This document shows positions 61,835 to 64,000 of a DNA stretch of 64,000 nt, one piece after another; the stretch's first letter is position 1, and each line of letters starts with the position of its first letter. The stretch is from Malacoraja senta (lineage: Eukaryota): the NCBI GenBank assembly GCA_038087875.1, contig CM075989.1:25298001-25362000 (forward strand), in the 5' to 3' direction. Both the position numbers and the translations under genes were made by a program. The notes under the pieces are model-generated. The model searched no databases and was not told the origin of the DNA. It saw nothing but the letters and a program-made list of their open reading frames with translations.

Positions 61835-63159
61835 GTCTTTGGGTCACCGGTTAGTTTGCCCTGAGATTAATCTGGGGAACAGTCGCCGTGGTGCCTGAGG
61901 CGGGACTTGAATGGATCATCGCTCTGAGGGAGGGAGGGAGGGAGCGGCCCCTGGGGACTTGGAACCGGGAGGCAGAGTTTGAGAACGGAGGTGAAGGCGG
62001 CTCTGAGAGAATTGTGATTATCGTGAATAAAGTAACAGCAGGTATCATTGAAATCTGATCTCTGAATCAGAATCTGCCCACTGCCCACCTCACACTAAAT
62101 CTACACCAATCCCTCTTTTTTCTCTGCTTTCACTTTATTCCACACTTTCAATGTTCTTTCCAGTCTGTATGTGCCCCAACCTCACCCAGACAAAAATAGG
62201 TACTATGACTGCAGATGCCCCTGACTGTCGAATAGTGAAAGGCCGATTATAAGACGTACCTTTAGAAAGAAGATGAGGAGGAGTTTCTTTTGTCCGAGGG
62301 TGGTGAATATGTGGAATTCATTGCCACAGATGGTGGTGGAGGCCGGCATTGGGTATTTTTAAGGCAGAAATTGTCAGGTTCTTGATTAGTACGGGTGGCA
62401 GGGGTTACGGGGAGAAGGCAGGAGGATGAGACAGAGCGAAAGATAGATCAGCCATGATTGAATGGAGGAGTAGACATGATGGGCCGAATGACCTTCAGAA
62501 CTGCCTGTTAACATTCATAGAGGAATTAAAGAAGGCATTAACCCCAAGAAAAGGGCTTGGCAGAAATAAAGAGGTTGCACGGCAGTCGAGGTCACGACCC
62601 GTGACCCGTACTGTTGCCATGCAATGCCTTCTGGAGTACAAGCGGTGAACATCAGGTAAGCACTCACCATGGCAGCCAGTACAACGGGCCCATCTTCTGT
62701 CCCAGCATCCGGACTTCACGCTGACTGGTTCCACACTCGCGGACCCCGGGCCGTCTGTCCCCGAGGTGGGGGGGGCGGGCGTCGAGGTGCCTGTGCAGCG
62801 TGGTCAGTGACAGGGTGGGCGGAGGGACCAGACTGTCCCCAACTCTGCTGCAGCTGACGGGTACGTTGCCGGGTTTTCGTCCCCGTGTGTCCGTTGTCCA
62901 GCCCCTTGTGTGGGCGCTGCCGGCCTATAGCCCGTGACAGTGCGGACGCACAGGGGGAGACGGGGCGGCCGTGGCCGGACAGCACTGACCCCAGGGGAAG
63001 AGTGGGGGCTGTCCCGAGGGATGCGTTCCTTTGGCCGCTTACACCTTGGTGCTCGGGTTCAGAGCAAAGATACTAGAGCGTTTGGTTCAGAGCGCTCATT
63101 CACACTCCACAAAAATTGACCATTTCGGTGTTTTTTAGCAGGTAAGAAAGTAAGTAGCG

Positions 63160-64000
63160 CTTGGTTCTTGGTTTCTTGGTCCTCCAAAATATTCCAAATG
63201 GAATTTAAACTGGAGGTGGTGGAGGGAGGACTTAAGCCAGAAAGGGTTTTTGGGAAGAAAGAGCTAACTTAAATTTAGTTGCATCTGGTTGGGTAACTAT
63301 AGTAGGGTGGAGATTATTCCATGCTTTAATTGTGCGGGGGAAGAATGAATTGCTGTACACATCTGTCTTGGTAGCTGGAATCACAAATTGGATCGAATGC
63401 CCTCGTCTGCTCCTAATTGGTTTGGGTTTGGTGTAGGTCTTGTAATCTATGTCGAGCTGACCATTTAACATTTTGTAAAAACAGGTCAAACGGTGAGCTT
63501 CACGTCTGTCTTGGAGAGGGTTCCACCCCAGAGAATTCAGAAGTTTGGTAACACTCGCTTCTCTCTCATAGGTGTTAGTAACAAATCGAGCTGCCTGTCT
63601 TTGGACACGTTCGATGGAAGAAATGTTTTTATTTGTGTATGGGTCCCATGCTGCAACTGCGTAGTCCAAATGAGGTCTAACGAGGGTGAAGTATAGCTTC
63701 TCCTTGACAGAAGTTGAACAATGATGAAAGTTGCGCCTCAGAAAATTTAGGACACCTGTTGCTTTCACCGTTGCATGATGAGACTGACCATTCCAAAGCA
63801 GATCATTCTGCAATTTGATGCCAAGATACTTGGTTTGTTTGGATTCTTCAAGGGTGGTACCAAGTATATTGTACGATGTTTCGCCTGGATTCCTCTTTCT
63901 GGTGACACGCATGGTTTCACATTTGGAAGGGTTGAACTGCATGCCCCATTGGTGTGACCACTCAACCATTGTATCGAGGTCCTTTTGGAGAGCATCTTCA
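63160..64000 (-). mobile_element. Non-LTR retrotransposon 3' part (CR1 group, distinct from the other CR1s), running off the window end
   Basis: Uninterrupted ORF to stop at 63232: WGMQFNPSKC, KYLGI, LYFTLVRPHLDYAVAAWDP, IERVQRQAARFV, SFFPRTIKAWNNL; short 3' UTR ending in (aaccaag) repeats. Confidence 0.88.

Noticed and set aside
62530..63075. Plus-strand donor CAG|GTAAGC at about 62655 and a GC-rich block: divergent transcript or PCSK6 exon
   Set aside because: No recognisable coding similarity or partner exon

Overview
Vertebrate genomic DNA, most likely a cartilaginous fish such as a skate or ray (inferred from HE1-type V-SINEs, shark-type CR1 LINEs and Penelope-like repeats). Three protein-coding genes lie on the minus strand in the same order as human 15q26.3: CHSY1 (first coding exon only, 12168-12953; the rest is off the left edge), the complete 6-exon selenoprotein gene SELENOS (CDS 30520-39792, 174 aa, in-frame UGA/Sec at 30526-30528, SECIS at about 30265-30330), and the complete 9-exon SNRPA1 (CDS 45998-60317, 256 aa). 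I assembled all exons by hand from GT/AG sites and phases. Most remaining sequence is repeats: CR1, Rex/Babar, Tx1-like and a divergent CR1-group LINE, a decayed Penelope-like element plus many short derivatives carrying minimal hammerhead-ribozyme cores, a tandem Helitron array, Harbinger MITEs, a 5.46 kb hAT-like element, an inverted-repeat element, and mini/microsatellites. The most interesting items are the SELENOS regulatory architecture (post-stop hairpin hiding a candidate splice donor, changed C-terminal degron, duplicated exon 1, UPRE) and the dispersed hammerhead-bearing elements with target-site duplications. No database searches were possible, so family names and comparisons with human come from recalled knowledge.
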